Below are positions 1-9,236 of a DNA stretch of 32,000 bases, piece after piece (the stretch's first letter is position 1; the number at the start of each line of letters is the position of its first letter). Location: contig NJBF01000018.1 in assembly GCA_003144275.1 (NCBI GenBank), forward strand, positions 1 to 32,000. Reading direction: 5' to 3'. Position numbers and translations under genes: made by a program. This DNA comes from Candidatus Heimdallarchaeota archaeon B3_Heim. Lineage in GTDB: Archaea > Asgardarchaeota > Heimdallarchaeia > Hodarchaeales > Hodarchaeaceae. Below the pieces are notes generated by a model. The model was given only the letters and a program-made list of their open reading frames with translations, ran no database searches and was not told the origin of the DNA.

Positions 1-932
1 CTATAATAGGTCTCAATCGTGAAACGCTGCCGATAAAGCTCATTTATCCGTCTTCCTGAGAGAACACAGGTGGGAGGTACAATTAAAGCCATGATACGAT
101 CACCTGCTCGACAAAGAGCGAGCTTAACGGGAAGCCGTTTCCGAGTATGACCTTTATTCATTCGATAGTCTACAACCAAATGTGTTCCTTTTTGACGTAA
201 CTCTTCTTGGTGTTTTTGCACCAAAGGTTTAACACCTGCATTAACACGTCCTCGAATGATAAAAAAAACTTGCTTATGAATAAGCCACTGGATTAAATCC
301 CAATTATAAAATCCACCATCCGCAAGTACTCCAACAATTCGTTCTTGAGTGAGTAGAGGTGTCAAAAGGCTCTGAACCGTCTTGAAAGTCGAATGCTTTA
401 TAGGGAGAAGTTGGACTGCTAACGTGATTGGTTCGGGTGCATTTAACCAAATGACTGTGATATATTTATAAGACTGGTGGGTACTGGCTTTCTTCCTACC
501 TTTACAGATATAAGCGGATAAAGTTTTTGCATAATTAGGATCAGTATGGAAGTCGATCGCTAGCAACATTCCTTGCTTCCGAGCAAACTGAAAGTTCTCA
601 GGCAGACTCTCTAAGAATTGGTAGAAACCAGTTTGTTGCGAGGTTGTTATGTCTTCAACTGATTTGGTTTTTAACCATGCTAAAGTAGCTTCACCTGAGG
701 GGATTGGGAGGTTTTGCTCTCGTAGATCTCGAGCTTTGCGAGAAATTGAGGTTCGATCTATAGCGGTAAGTAAAAGTAATTTCAATCGATTTTTCATTTT
801 GAAAGGTGAGCTACTTGGGATCGGGTTTAATAAGATTTGAAATTTATCTAACCAGCGTACTACAAAGTTTATAAGGGTCGGTGTATTTCGTGCTTTCCGT
901 GGTGGAAAGCGAGGTAGTTTTATTTTGTCCAT
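1..932 (-). CDS. ISH3/IS4-family DDE transposase (3'-truncated by window edge)
   Basis: Manual translation gives an uninterrupted 310-codon frame from ATG 932 (MDKIKLPRFPPRK...). It carries LLAIDFHTDPNY (first D), GVLADGGFYNW (second D) and ELYRQRFTIETYYR (Y-R-E-R signature with the catalytic E). Confidence 0.9.
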   Translation of the reverse strand, partial: MDKIKLPRFPPRKARNTPTLINFVVRWLDKFQILLNPIPSSSPFKMKNRLKLLLLTAIDRTSISRKARDLREQNLPIPSGEATLAWLKTKSVEDITTSQQTGFYQFLESLPENFQFARKQGMLLAIDFHTDPNYAKTLSAYICKGRKKASTHQSYKYITVIWLNAPEPITLAVQLLPIKHSTFKTVQSLLTPLLTQERIVGVLADGGFYNWDLIQWLIHKQVFFIIRGRVNAGVKPLVQKHQEELRQKGTHLVVDYRMNKGHTRKRLPVKLALCRAGDRIMALIVPPTCVLSGRRINELYRQRFTIETYY

Positions 933-1021
933 AATGGCTACTAATTGCTTTTCTCCACATTTAAGTCTTTCCCCTTCGAGATTTCATGAAGATCACCCTC
1001 TCCCATAGTTACGAAGTACTG
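1..1021 (-). mobile_element. Insertion sequence, ISH3/IS4-like, left part only (runs off window start)
   Basis: Contains a DDE transposase ORF. A candidate left end 5'-CAGTACTTCGTAACT starts at 1021 on the minus strand, 89 bp upstream of the ATG, and resembles the CAG(TA) termini of ISH3-family elements. The right end and target duplication lie outside the window. Confidence 0.7.
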
Positions 1022-1343
1022 GTTGGTATAACGACTTTCAGGGGATATAAATAAAACCGTGAAAACAATTATGTGCAATTCAAGAGTTACAGACTTCCAT
1101 TTATATCAATGAACGCACTAGGGGAGAGATTGAAATTTCCTCAAGATTTTTCACAGAAAATAAGTCCAAAAATCCCTCTTCTCACCTGATTTAATCAGAA
1201 CAGTCTTGATAAAAAGTCATTCCTCCGTATTCGTCTGCACAAAGATTAAACAAATTGTTGCGTGACAGGTGGCGACTACTGTTCGTTTACAAAAATAACA
1301 CACAAAATCTACATTCTGGCGATCCTGCGTTAAGCATAGATAA

Positions 1344-2681
1344 TTAGATTGTAAGTTTGGTTATTTCGACATTGCGGACAACTTTTATTTTTAATAGTTC
1401 TTGTTTTAACTGGTCATCAGAGATCTTTAGGTTACATGAATCGATATAACCTTCAAAAATCCATGTTTCTTGATAGGGGTTGAAAAACCAAGGTGTTCCT
1501 TTACTATAAAGCATTTTAATTTTATTTCTCATAAAGACTAATCCCAATTCTTGTAAGAAGTCAGGTGGAAACCATCTGTAGCTTTTTGTTTCAGAATCAA
1601 GCGTTAATTCGGTTTCAATAGCAACCTTTACAACGGATGGACTCTCCGTAGGAACGAGTCTGAAATCTTTCCCTACACGGTTAAAAAGCACTAATACAGA
1701 CTTTGTGTTTGGTGGAAGTACTACTAAAAAATCTTCAGGCAGTACAGTTGGCTTTGACTTATGTAATTGAACCATTCTTGTCCTTGCTTTTATCGTGCTT
1801 TCCCCTGTAGGACGTAAAGCATCTTTATGCTGGTTTTGTTTCTCCACTTCATACTTCTCTAAATCGTAAAAAAGCTGATCAAGCATACTCGATCCAACTT
1901 TCTGAAAAACAAACAAGCACTCCGTTTCCTTGTTTAGATTAACCTGCTCTATTAGCTGAAATCCCAGAATATTTAGGGGTACTTTGACCCAAGAATAAGA
2001 ATTGGAATTCTCATGCCAATTGTACTCATTTATCCTATATAGTAAATATCTATAGGCTAGATCATCGGAATAGTCCAGATAAGGATATTTAGAAGGTAAC
2101 AGTAAGAAGATTTCAATTTCTGAGTTTTTACAAGGAGAATAAAATAATGAATGACCTGTAGGAAAAGGATTCCTTCTCCGTTCCCCCATCCCGATAAAAT
2201 ATCCCCCTTTAACCAATACGCGATCCAGTTCACGCCAAAAATCTAATTTGTGGACAATTCCCGCACTTCTTTGCTCATAAATCAAATCTACGTTCTTGAT
2301 TGCAGGGGGAAATTGAATTTTCATTTTATTGTCAAGAATGAAGTAGAGTAATTTTCTTTCAGTATTCTTATAAACATAATTCGCCTTTAATGTCGTGTCT
2401 TCCAAGTTAATAACTAGATCCTGAATAAGGTTTTCTTCTTCTAAGTTATCTAGCTTCTCTTTAACCCGATTTAAAACGAAAAGATTCACATCTGAATAAT
2501 AATGAGTGTAAAAATTGTGTAGGGGTAGGGAAGGTAAATGACTCCCAGCTGCTTGATAATAAAATCTCGCATGGTTTTTAAGATTCAGTTCACGCGAAAT
2601 TTCATAAAATGGAAATTTTTTGAAGCAACTCCACCAACTATCCTTCCAGCAAATTCCAATAAATTTAGTCAGTGGATCCAT
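1344..2681 (-). CDS. Hypothetical protein, N-terminal half possibly class I SAM-methyltransferase-like
   Basis: 445-aa ORF. FYYQAAG (motif I-like), HYYSD, VDLIY and RELDRVLVKGGYFI resemble Rossmann methyltransferase elements. The C-terminal half was not recognised. Confidence 0.45.
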   Translation of the reverse strand: MDPLTKFIGICWKDSWWSCFKKFPFYEISRELNLKNHARFYYQAAGSHLPSLPLHNFYTHYYSDVNLFVLNRVKEKLDNLEEENLIQDLVINLEDTTLKANYVYKNTERKLLYFILDNKMKIQFPPAIKNVDLIYEQRSAGIVHKLDFWRELDRVLVKGGYFIGMGERRRNPFPTGHSLFYSPCKNSEIEIFLLLPSKYPYLDYSDDLAYRYLLYRINEYNWHENSNSYSWVKVPLNILGFQLIEQVNLNKETECLFVFQKVGSSMLDQLFYDLEKYEVEKQNQHKDALRPTGESTIKARTRMVQLHKSKPTVLPEDFLVVLPPNTKSVLVLFNRVGKDFRLVPTESPSVVKVAIETELTLDSETKSYRWFPPDFLQELGLVFMRNKIKMLYSKGTPWFFNPYQETWIFEGYIDSCNLKISDDQLKQELLKIKVVRNVEITKLTI

Positions 2682-3043
2682 TTCAAGAATTCCCTATCAT
2701 TAAAAACCTGATTCTTTACATATGAAAATCTTTTCTTTCCAACGTTTAACGACATATTCAGGAATTATTCATTTAGAAGTTAACTTATGATTCGACAGCT
2801 AGCGTTAAAAATTATAAAAATTATTTGATGAAAGCTGACTTTAAAAAAAAAAGTACCCTTCCTTTTTTGTTTTTAATATATGAGTTAAGCTCTCTCCTAG
2901 CAACCCGATTATAAAATCATTTTGAACCTCAATTTTCACGATGTTCAATGAATTACTCAACGCGTATTATAGATGTGCAATAACCATCGATTTCAGCTTA
3001 AAAAAAAATGTGAAGGAATAACATTATCCAATATCTCAATTTC

Positions 3044-4357
3044 TTAATCATTATTTTTCCTTTTTTGATACCCTGCAAATACGATGCTTGCTAGACTTGT
3101 TCCCACTAGACATAAACCCCCTAATAAGGTAATATCTTTAAGCGTGTATCCTTGAATAAGAAACCATGAACCTAATATTGAACCAAATCCGAAGAATAAT
3201 ATTCCAACTGTTTGTAATGCTCCAACAAATGAATCGGTCTTGAATTCGTGTTCATGAACGTGTCCATGAGCTCCTAGTACTATTCCTCTACTCGAACCAA
3301 AACCAACATCTAGATGCAGGTGAGAATGCTCATATTTTTGTTTCATTTCCACGATTAATGCTGCTTTGTTCCTCACTGGTTCTAAAAACCCCTCCGCTAG
3401 TCCTGCGAGCATTAATAATACGAATAACGCTGATATGAAGTTAGCTTCCGGATAAAAGATCACTGTCACCCCCTTTAGTAATAAACTTAGTATTAAAGGG
3501 ATATAATATCCTCTCCGGTCTACTAATCTTCCTGCAAATAATTGACTTACCCCCCATGTCATATCTCCTACTAGATATCCGAGACTCACACCAACTTCAC
3601 TTATACCTTGTGCTGTGAGCAATATTGATAGATTGGGTGTATATAGTCCATGTGCGAGGTCATATAATGAATATATTAGTAATAACAAGGCAATAGAGGG
3701 TACAACAAACATTTTTCTTACCCATGGTTCTAGATGAAAATGTTGCCATTTCCACACCTTTCGTTCACCTTTGGATGTCGATTGTATTGTTCTTACTAGA
3801 ATAAGTAATGATATGACGGTAAGAATACTGGCTAGGCCCGCAATCAATTGAATGGATTGGATTGAGGTTAATTCTGTTTGATCCAACATCAAGTTCCAGG
3901 TTATCCCAGCAATTCCTTGACCAATTGCTAGGCCTCCAAATATTGCTGCAAATAATCCCCCGAGTACTTCTCCTTCACGTTTAGGAAATTGAGATGCCAA
4001 AGAAATAACTCCCAGAAATAAGAGTCCATATCCACCCCCTTCCAAGATCTTCATCACCATTAGTAACACTGGGTCGATTATTATACTCATTGACAACATT
4101 AAAAACGCTAATAGACCTCCTCCAGTTAGTAATCGTTTCTGGTTTGATTGAATAAGTGCTCCTAGGATTAATAATCCAATTATTTGCCCTGCTGAGAAAA
4201 GAACGCTTGCATTCGATATTTGTATAGTGCTTCCTCCCAAATTAATTATCTGAAATGGGAATAGAAAGCGGATACACCCTAGATTCATTGTTAAAATGAA
4301 TAATCCTAGAAAATATTGCTGGATTTGACGATTTGTACGGAGTATCCAAGATGACAA
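3044..4357 (-). CDS. Major facilitator superfamily transporter with His-rich loop
   Basis: About 12 hydrophobic segments. Motif A-like GRLVDRRG in the C-terminal half; ILEGGGYG in TM4. Confidence 0.85.
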   Translation of the reverse strand: MSSWILRTNRQIQQYFLGLFILTMNLGCIRFLFPFQIINLGGSTIQISNASVLFSAGQIIGLLILGALIQSNQKRLLTGGGLLAFLMLSMSIIIDPVLLMVMKILEGGGYGLLFLGVISLASQFPKREGEVLGGLFAAIFGGLAIGQGIAGITWNLMLDQTELTSIQSIQLIAGLASILTVISLLILVRTIQSTSKGERKVWKWQHFHLEPWVRKMFVVPSIALLLLIYSLYDLAHGLYTPNLSILLTAQGISEVGVSLGYLVGDMTWGVSQLFAGRLVDRRGYYIPLILSLLLKGVTVIFYPEANFISALFVLLMLAGLAEGFLEPVRNKAALIVEMKQKYEHSHLHLDVGFGSSRGIVLGAHGHVHEHEFKTDSFVGALQTVGILFFGFGSILGSWFLIQGYTLKDITLLGGLCLVGTSLASIVFAGYQKRKNND

Positions 4358-4602
4358 GCTATCATTTTCCTCTCAGTCAGTTAATTTAAAATTAGATTTG
4401 TTCACTGATTCCTCCGCCTGTTTTATTTAGGTTTATACTGGTTACGTAATCAACATTCTTATCTCTGATGTATTCATAACAATTACTTCAAGTATATCTG
4501 GACTCTATAGTTCAAAAAAACTAATATTTCGTCAAACAAATATGAGTGAAATCAATACAAAAGAGGATAGTTTCTAATCTAAGGTTAGGAAGGAAATATT
4601 TA

Positions 4603-6162
4603 ATGGAAGTAAAAAAAATTCCAAGTATTTTTAATGATGTTATGGGCCCAATAATGAGAGGACCATCTAGTTCTCATTGTGCGGCTTCTGTTCGTATCGG
4701 TAGGATGGCAAGGGATTTGATGGATGGTAATATTAAAGATATCTTGATAGAATTTGATCCAAAAGGCTCATTAGCGACAACACATGACAGTCAAGGATCT
4801 GATATGGGTCTTTATGGAGGGTTTCTTGGTTGGGAAGCCTATGATGAAAGATTGGTGAATTATGCAGAAGCGATAGAAGAAGCAGGAATTACAATAAAAG
4901 TAGAGATTAACGATTTTAAAGCTGAACATCCTAACACATATAAATTAACATTAAAAAATGATAAAGAAACCCACGAAATGGTAGCAATTTCTACTGGTGG
5001 TGGAATGATAGAAATTATTGAAATTGACCGTATTAAAGTTTCAATGATTGGAGATTGTTATGAAACGCTAATCTATTCTGAAGAGACAGGAATTCTGGAA
5101 TATTTGCAGAAAGAACTCATTATTGATGAAATTATAAATTTTAAGGGAAAAGATATTCCATTTATAGAAATAAAATCCCAGAAATTTCCCAACAAAGAAA
5201 TTTTAAATAGACTCCATTCTAATTTTAGGATATTCAGTATAAAAGAATTAAAACCTGTATTACCAGTGCTTTCTCGTAAAGGGATGGAGGTGCCATTTAG
5301 TACCTATGAAGAAATGCTTGAGTATAATGAAGATAAGAACTTGAATCTATGGGAATTAGCTATTCATTATGAAAGTATTAGAGGGAGCATTTCTTCTGAA
5401 GAAGTAATCAAAAAAATGAAGCATATAGTTAAGGTAATGAAAAAATCGATATTTGATGGTATTAAAGGAACTGAGTTTGCAGATAGAATTTTAGGCTTTC
5501 AATCAGGTTTTTTTAAGACCCAAATGGAAAATGAGAGAATCCTAGACGGTGGTATCTTAAATCAAATGATTCTTTATATTTCTGCTATGATGGAGATAAA
5601 AAGTTCTATGGGGGTAATAGTTGCCGCTCCTACTGCTGGTGCTTGTAGTACCATACCAGGTGCGTTATTAGGCGCAGCTAGTATGATGGAACTGTCAGAA
5701 GAAGAAATAATTAAAGCTATGTTTGCAACAAGTTTAATAGGGATATTCATATCCAGAGGTGCCACTTTTTCCGCTGAAATTGGAGGTTGCCAGGCCGAAT
5801 GTGGTTCAGCCTCAGGTATGGCTGCTGCAGGACTTGTAACCTTAAAAGAAGGTAACACAAAACAAGCTACTGATGCTGCATCAATGGCATTACAAAATAG
5901 TTTTGGTATGGTATGTGATCCTGTAGCTAATAGGGTAGAAGTACCTTGCTTAGGAAAAAATGTAATGGCAGCTAGTAATGCTCTTTCATGTGCTAATATG
6001 GCATTGGCAAATTATGATGTAGTCATTCCTTTAGGAGAAGTAATTGAATCTATGAATAAGGTAGGCAGAAGTATTCCGTATGAATTAAGATGTACTGCTT
6101 TAGGTGGATTATCTGTTACCAAGACTTCAAGAATATTAGAAGAGAAACTTAGAAGCAATTAA
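4603..6162 (+). CDS. sdaA: Fe-S L-serine dehydratase, beta and alpha subunits fused in one chain
   Basis: Beta motif GPIMRGPSSSHCA at the N-terminus. Alpha motifs IVAAPTAGAC, GGCQAECGSA and GMVCDPVANRVEVPC (Fe-S cysteines), ending LRCTALGGLS. Start moved from GTG 4546 to ATG 4603, which follows GGAAGGA. Confidence 0.92.
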   Translation: MEVKKIPSIFNDVMGPIMRGPSSSHCAASVRIGRMARDLMDGNIKDILIEFDPKGSLATTHDSQGSDMGLYGGFLGWEAYDERLVNYAEAIEEAGITIKVEINDFKAEHPNTYKLTLKNDKETHEMVAISTGGGMIEIIEIDRIKVSMIGDCYETLIYSEETGILEYLQKELIIDEIINFKGKDIPFIEIKSQKFPNKEILNRLHSNFRIFSIKELKPVLPVLSRKGMEVPFSTYEEMLEYNEDKNLNLWELAIHYESIRGSISSEEVIKKMKHIVKVMKKSIFDGIKGTEFADRILGFQSGFFKTQMENERILDGGILNQMILYISAMMEIKSSMGVIVAAPTAGACSTIPGALLGAASMMELSEEEIIKAMFATSLIGIFISRGATFSAEIGGCQAECGSASGMAAAGLVTLKEGNTKQATDAASMALQNSFGMVCDPVANRVEVPCLGKNVMAASNALSCANMALANYDVVIPLGEVIESMNKVGRSIPYELRCTALGGLSVTKTSRILEEKLRSN

Positions 6163-6228
6163 AATTCTTTAATCTAGCGAAAAAACGGCCATCTCAATAA
6201 GCAACCATTCCAAGATATATTACCAAAG

Positions 6229-6406
6229 TTAATCTGCTTTAAGTAACCGATCTTGGACGATGATTGAGTCAGCACAAAGCTCTTGAACTTCTTAATCTCA
6301 TTTCAAGTGGTTGAGTCTCATCAAGGCAATATTTCAAGCTCATTTGAGAGAATTTTTTCTCTAGTTTTTCAACTACAATAGTTTTTCTTGATTGAATTGA
6401 GTACAA
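6229..6406 (-). pseudogene. 3' remnant of a paralog of the 118-aa gene at 11315-11671
   Basis: Translates as ...RKTIVVEKLEKKFSQMSLKYCLDETQPLEMRLRS, then after a +1 frameshift ADSIIVQDRLLKAD*. The intact gene reads ...KRITLVEKLGGRFSQMSLNYFLDETQPIEKRMRSLEAYANSVIVQQRLTNPE*. An exact 16-nt match ATTCTCTCAAATGAGC occurs at 6353-6338 (-) and 11548-11563 (+). There is no start codon and no N-terminal half. Confidence 0.8.
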
Positions 6407-6408
6407 AT

Positions 6409-9234
6409 TTATTCTTTCATCTTTTTCTGTTTTTCAAATAGTCTATCCGTTAGGAAGTTTCCAACACTTTCCAGTTTCTCATCGATCTCTGCTACTTTTG
6501 TTTTAGCATGTTCTTTTTCTGGTTTGGGTACACTGAAGATAGATAGGATTCCCACAATCTGATGATGCTCATCCATAACAGGAAGTAGTGACTCCCCAGT
6601 TATTGAGAAGATACCCCATGCCTCTTTCAGGGTTTGACCGACCTTAAAGGTGTAATTTATAGGAAAGGCTACTTCATAAACTTGAATATTCACTAATTTA
6701 CTTGCTTTTTCCACCAGATTAAATGGTATGAATCCAGAAGGAGATCCATCCTGCGTAATAATCCAAGTCTCTTTCTCAGTCGCATGTAGTTGAATGTCAG
6801 CACAGTACCGATCCCATTCAATCAACTTGAAGTTATCCTGTACAAATTCATTAATTGAATCATTAGCATTTATTATCCCCTCATATTCCGCATTTATCTT
6901 TTCTAAATCAATGTCATGGATCACTGGTAATCTTAGAACCTCAAGTGAATCTTTTGTAACCAACAGAGCAGTAAATGATCTTCCGATTGAACCATTAGCA
7001 TAGAAACCTAAATCTTTCTCTTCATGAATGCAGTGATTATGTCCCACAATAAGTTTTTTGGATGTTAAATTGTGTTTTTCCCTGAAGTTTGATATATATT
7101 GATCGAGAGGTGGTGTGAAGTTCTTCCAGAAATCCTGATCTCCATGTTCTATCCAGATATTTTCATCGTGATAGATTTCTCCTAGAAAATGAATGTCTAA
7201 TTCTCGCTTTAATTTCATACGGAATTGGTCATAGAAACTCTTTGGGTCATGGTTACCCGAGATAATATGAATTCTTTGATCTCCGAGAGAATCTTGAATT
7301 TGGGACAACTCATTAAGAAGAGAAATTCCTTCTTTATCTGTTTCTGAAAGCTCGGCAACGCGATCAATATTGAAAACATCTCCACCAATTAAGATTGATC
7401 GAACATGGTGTTCTTCGCATGCATTTTTGATTTCCGCCAAACAAAGTTTCGCTAATTTGTTATTAAGTCCCCAATGGAGGTCGGAAAATATCAACAGTGG
7501 ATATGCAATCACTGGTTTATCTTCCACCAAGTCTTCAGGGACAAAGGTTTGGAGAATATTTCTGTAAACTTCTTTGATAGTAATTATCAATTCCTTGTTT
7601 ATGCTTTCCACGGCTTCAATAGGCATTTCTGACGTTAACTTGTATTTTGCCATTGAAAAGTTACTATAACCCTGAATAAGTATTCTACCTTGTTCCTCAG
7701 AAATAATATCTCGTTCTACAGCCATTTTAAATCGGTCAATAGTAGTAGAAGTGAAGTTTGTTTCATTTAGTACGGCTAGAACGGTACCTAAATCCTGTAA
7801 TGCAGTGATCACAGAGTATGTCTTGAAAATGGAATCGTATAGAAACGGTTGACAAATTCGTAGATTATCTCCTAAAGCATTATCTTCAGCTTTCAGGGAT
7901 TCAGTAATTTGGAGCAATATTGGGATTATCTTGTGAATTACATTCCTGGTCGAACGGGTAATTTCATTACGTAAAATCCTGCCTTTTCCAATAGGCTTTT
8001 CGTAAATTGGAACCATGTTAATAATAGACTTGTATATGGACCAACAGTATTTGCTAATGCCATTTCTTCGATCTTCAGGAGATATGGAAGTTTTACGGAG
8101 ATTTTCAATAGAGCTTAACATTTCATGAATCGCTGATCTTTGATTAGATTCTAAGAAATTGTCATCCCCGTTTAGAAAAGCGTGTAAAATATTAGGAATC
8201 ATCTCTTCATGAAAATTCAGTTTTTCAACATTCTCTAGTTTGCATAATTCGAGATTGGGCGTGTGTTGTAATACACGATGTAGAGCCTCACCTACTTGTA
8301 GGAATTGTTGATCATTACCCTCATGAATCAAGAGCATATCTAAATCCGAGTTATCAGAATATTCTCCTCTTGCATAACCCCCACATACCCCAATGATGAA
8401 ATTACTTGGAATACCAACCATAGTCTTATGTTCTTTATCAACCTGTAGATATTTATTGAAAACTGTATTTTTTTCTGCAAGGAGTACAGCACTTTCAAAT
8501 AGGATATTTATGCGTGAACTAATCGTTTGGTGAGTTCTTTCGTTCCAAATGGATCCTAAATACGATTCCACTTGCTTCGTATCCCAAGTGAGATAATTGG
8601 TTCTATTTAACTCCCGATAGGAGAGGAAATGTTCCATTCTTGGAGGAAGGGTATACGAAGTGGATTGATATGTAAATTCAGTAATTTTCTCGATTGTACT
8701 CAATATATTTGGCAGTTTGGTAACATTATTATCCATAGGTCCCTTAATCACTACAAGCTCGCTGAAATCAGAAGTTTCTGGATTTCTTCTTAATATAAGG
8801 ATATCATCTTCAAGGTTAATCTCTGTGACATTATTAAACAGATCCCAGTATCCTGATTTAATTATATTCCCTTTTACCAAGTAATTAAGAAGATCAATTG
8901 ACGAATTAATGCTGTGATGCTTATTATGTCGATTATTGGACATTAACGGTTCTTCGGATTTAGTAGAGTTCATTTCGGTTTTAATCATTTCTTTGATTCT
9001 ACGCCGTTCCTGTGCCATAGATTCGAAATCTATCCAATCGTCATTCAGGAAAGAAATTCTCCTCTTAAACAAAATTTCCTCCGGAAGATAGAACATATTC
9101 CCATTTTGTGTTAGTAGAAGACTAATTGCTGGTGTTTCTATTTGCTGAAGATCTTCAAGCGAAGATATTTTCTGCAAAAAACTTTGGTCGGCTAAATAAA
9201 ATTCTAAGGTCCTTAGAGCTGCATCGAAATCCAT
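6409..9234 (-). CDS. Multidomain protein: unknown N-terminus + GlnD/GlnE-like nucleotidyltransferase + helical (DUF294_C-like) domain + calcineurin-like metallophosphoesterase + CBS pair
   Basis: NTase motif CGGYARGEYSDNSDLDML. Helical motif TIDRFKMAVERDIISEEQGRILIQGY. Phosphoesterase motifs SDLH, GGD, GNHD, EHGD and GHNH. CBS motif LPVMDEHHQIVGILS. Start moved to ATG 9234, which follows GGAGG and lies 2 nt after the upstream stop. Confidence 0.85.
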   Translation of the reverse strand: MDFDAALRTLEFYLADQSFLQKISSLEDLQQIETPAISLLLTQNGNMFYLPEEILFKRRISFLNDDWIDFESMAQERRRIKEMIKTEMNSTKSEEPLMSNNRHNKHHSINSSIDLLNYLVKGNIIKSGYWDLFNNVTEINLEDDILILRRNPETSDFSELVVIKGPMDNNVTKLPNILSTIEKITEFTYQSTSYTLPPRMEHFLSYRELNRTNYLTWDTKQVESYLGSIWNERTHQTISSRINILFESAVLLAEKNTVFNKYLQVDKEHKTMVGIPSNFIIGVCGGYARGEYSDNSDLDMLLIHEGNDQQFLQVGEALHRVLQHTPNLELCKLENVEKLNFHEEMIPNILHAFLNGDDNFLESNQRSAIHEMLSSIENLRKTSISPEDRRNGISKYCWSIYKSIINMVPIYEKPIGKGRILRNEITRSTRNVIHKIIPILLQITESLKAEDNALGDNLRICQPFLYDSIFKTYSVITALQDLGTVLAVLNETNFTSTTIDRFKMAVERDIISEEQGRILIQGYSNFSMAKYKLTSEMPIEAVESINKELIITIKEVYRNILQTFVPEDLVEDKPVIAYPLLIFSDLHWGLNNKLAKLCLAEIKNACEEHHVRSILIGGDVFNIDRVAELSETDKEGISLLNELSQIQDSLGDQRIHIISGNHDPKSFYDQFRMKLKRELDIHFLGEIYHDENIWIEHGDQDFWKNFTPPLDQYISNFREKHNLTSKKLIVGHNHCIHEEKDLGFYANGSIGRSFTALLVTKDSLEVLRLPVIHDIDLEKINAEYEGIINANDSINEFVQDNFKLIEWDRYCADIQLHATEKETWIITQDGSPSGFIPFNLVEKASKLVNIQVYEVAFPINYTFKVGQTLKEAWGIFSITGESLLPVMDEHHQIVGILSIFSVPKPEKEHAKTKVAEIDEKLESVGNFLTDRLFEKQKKMKE

Positions 9235-9236
9235 TT

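Noticed and set aside
649-840. 63-aa plus-strand ORF
   Set aside because: It is the antisense shadow of the transposase on the minus strand.
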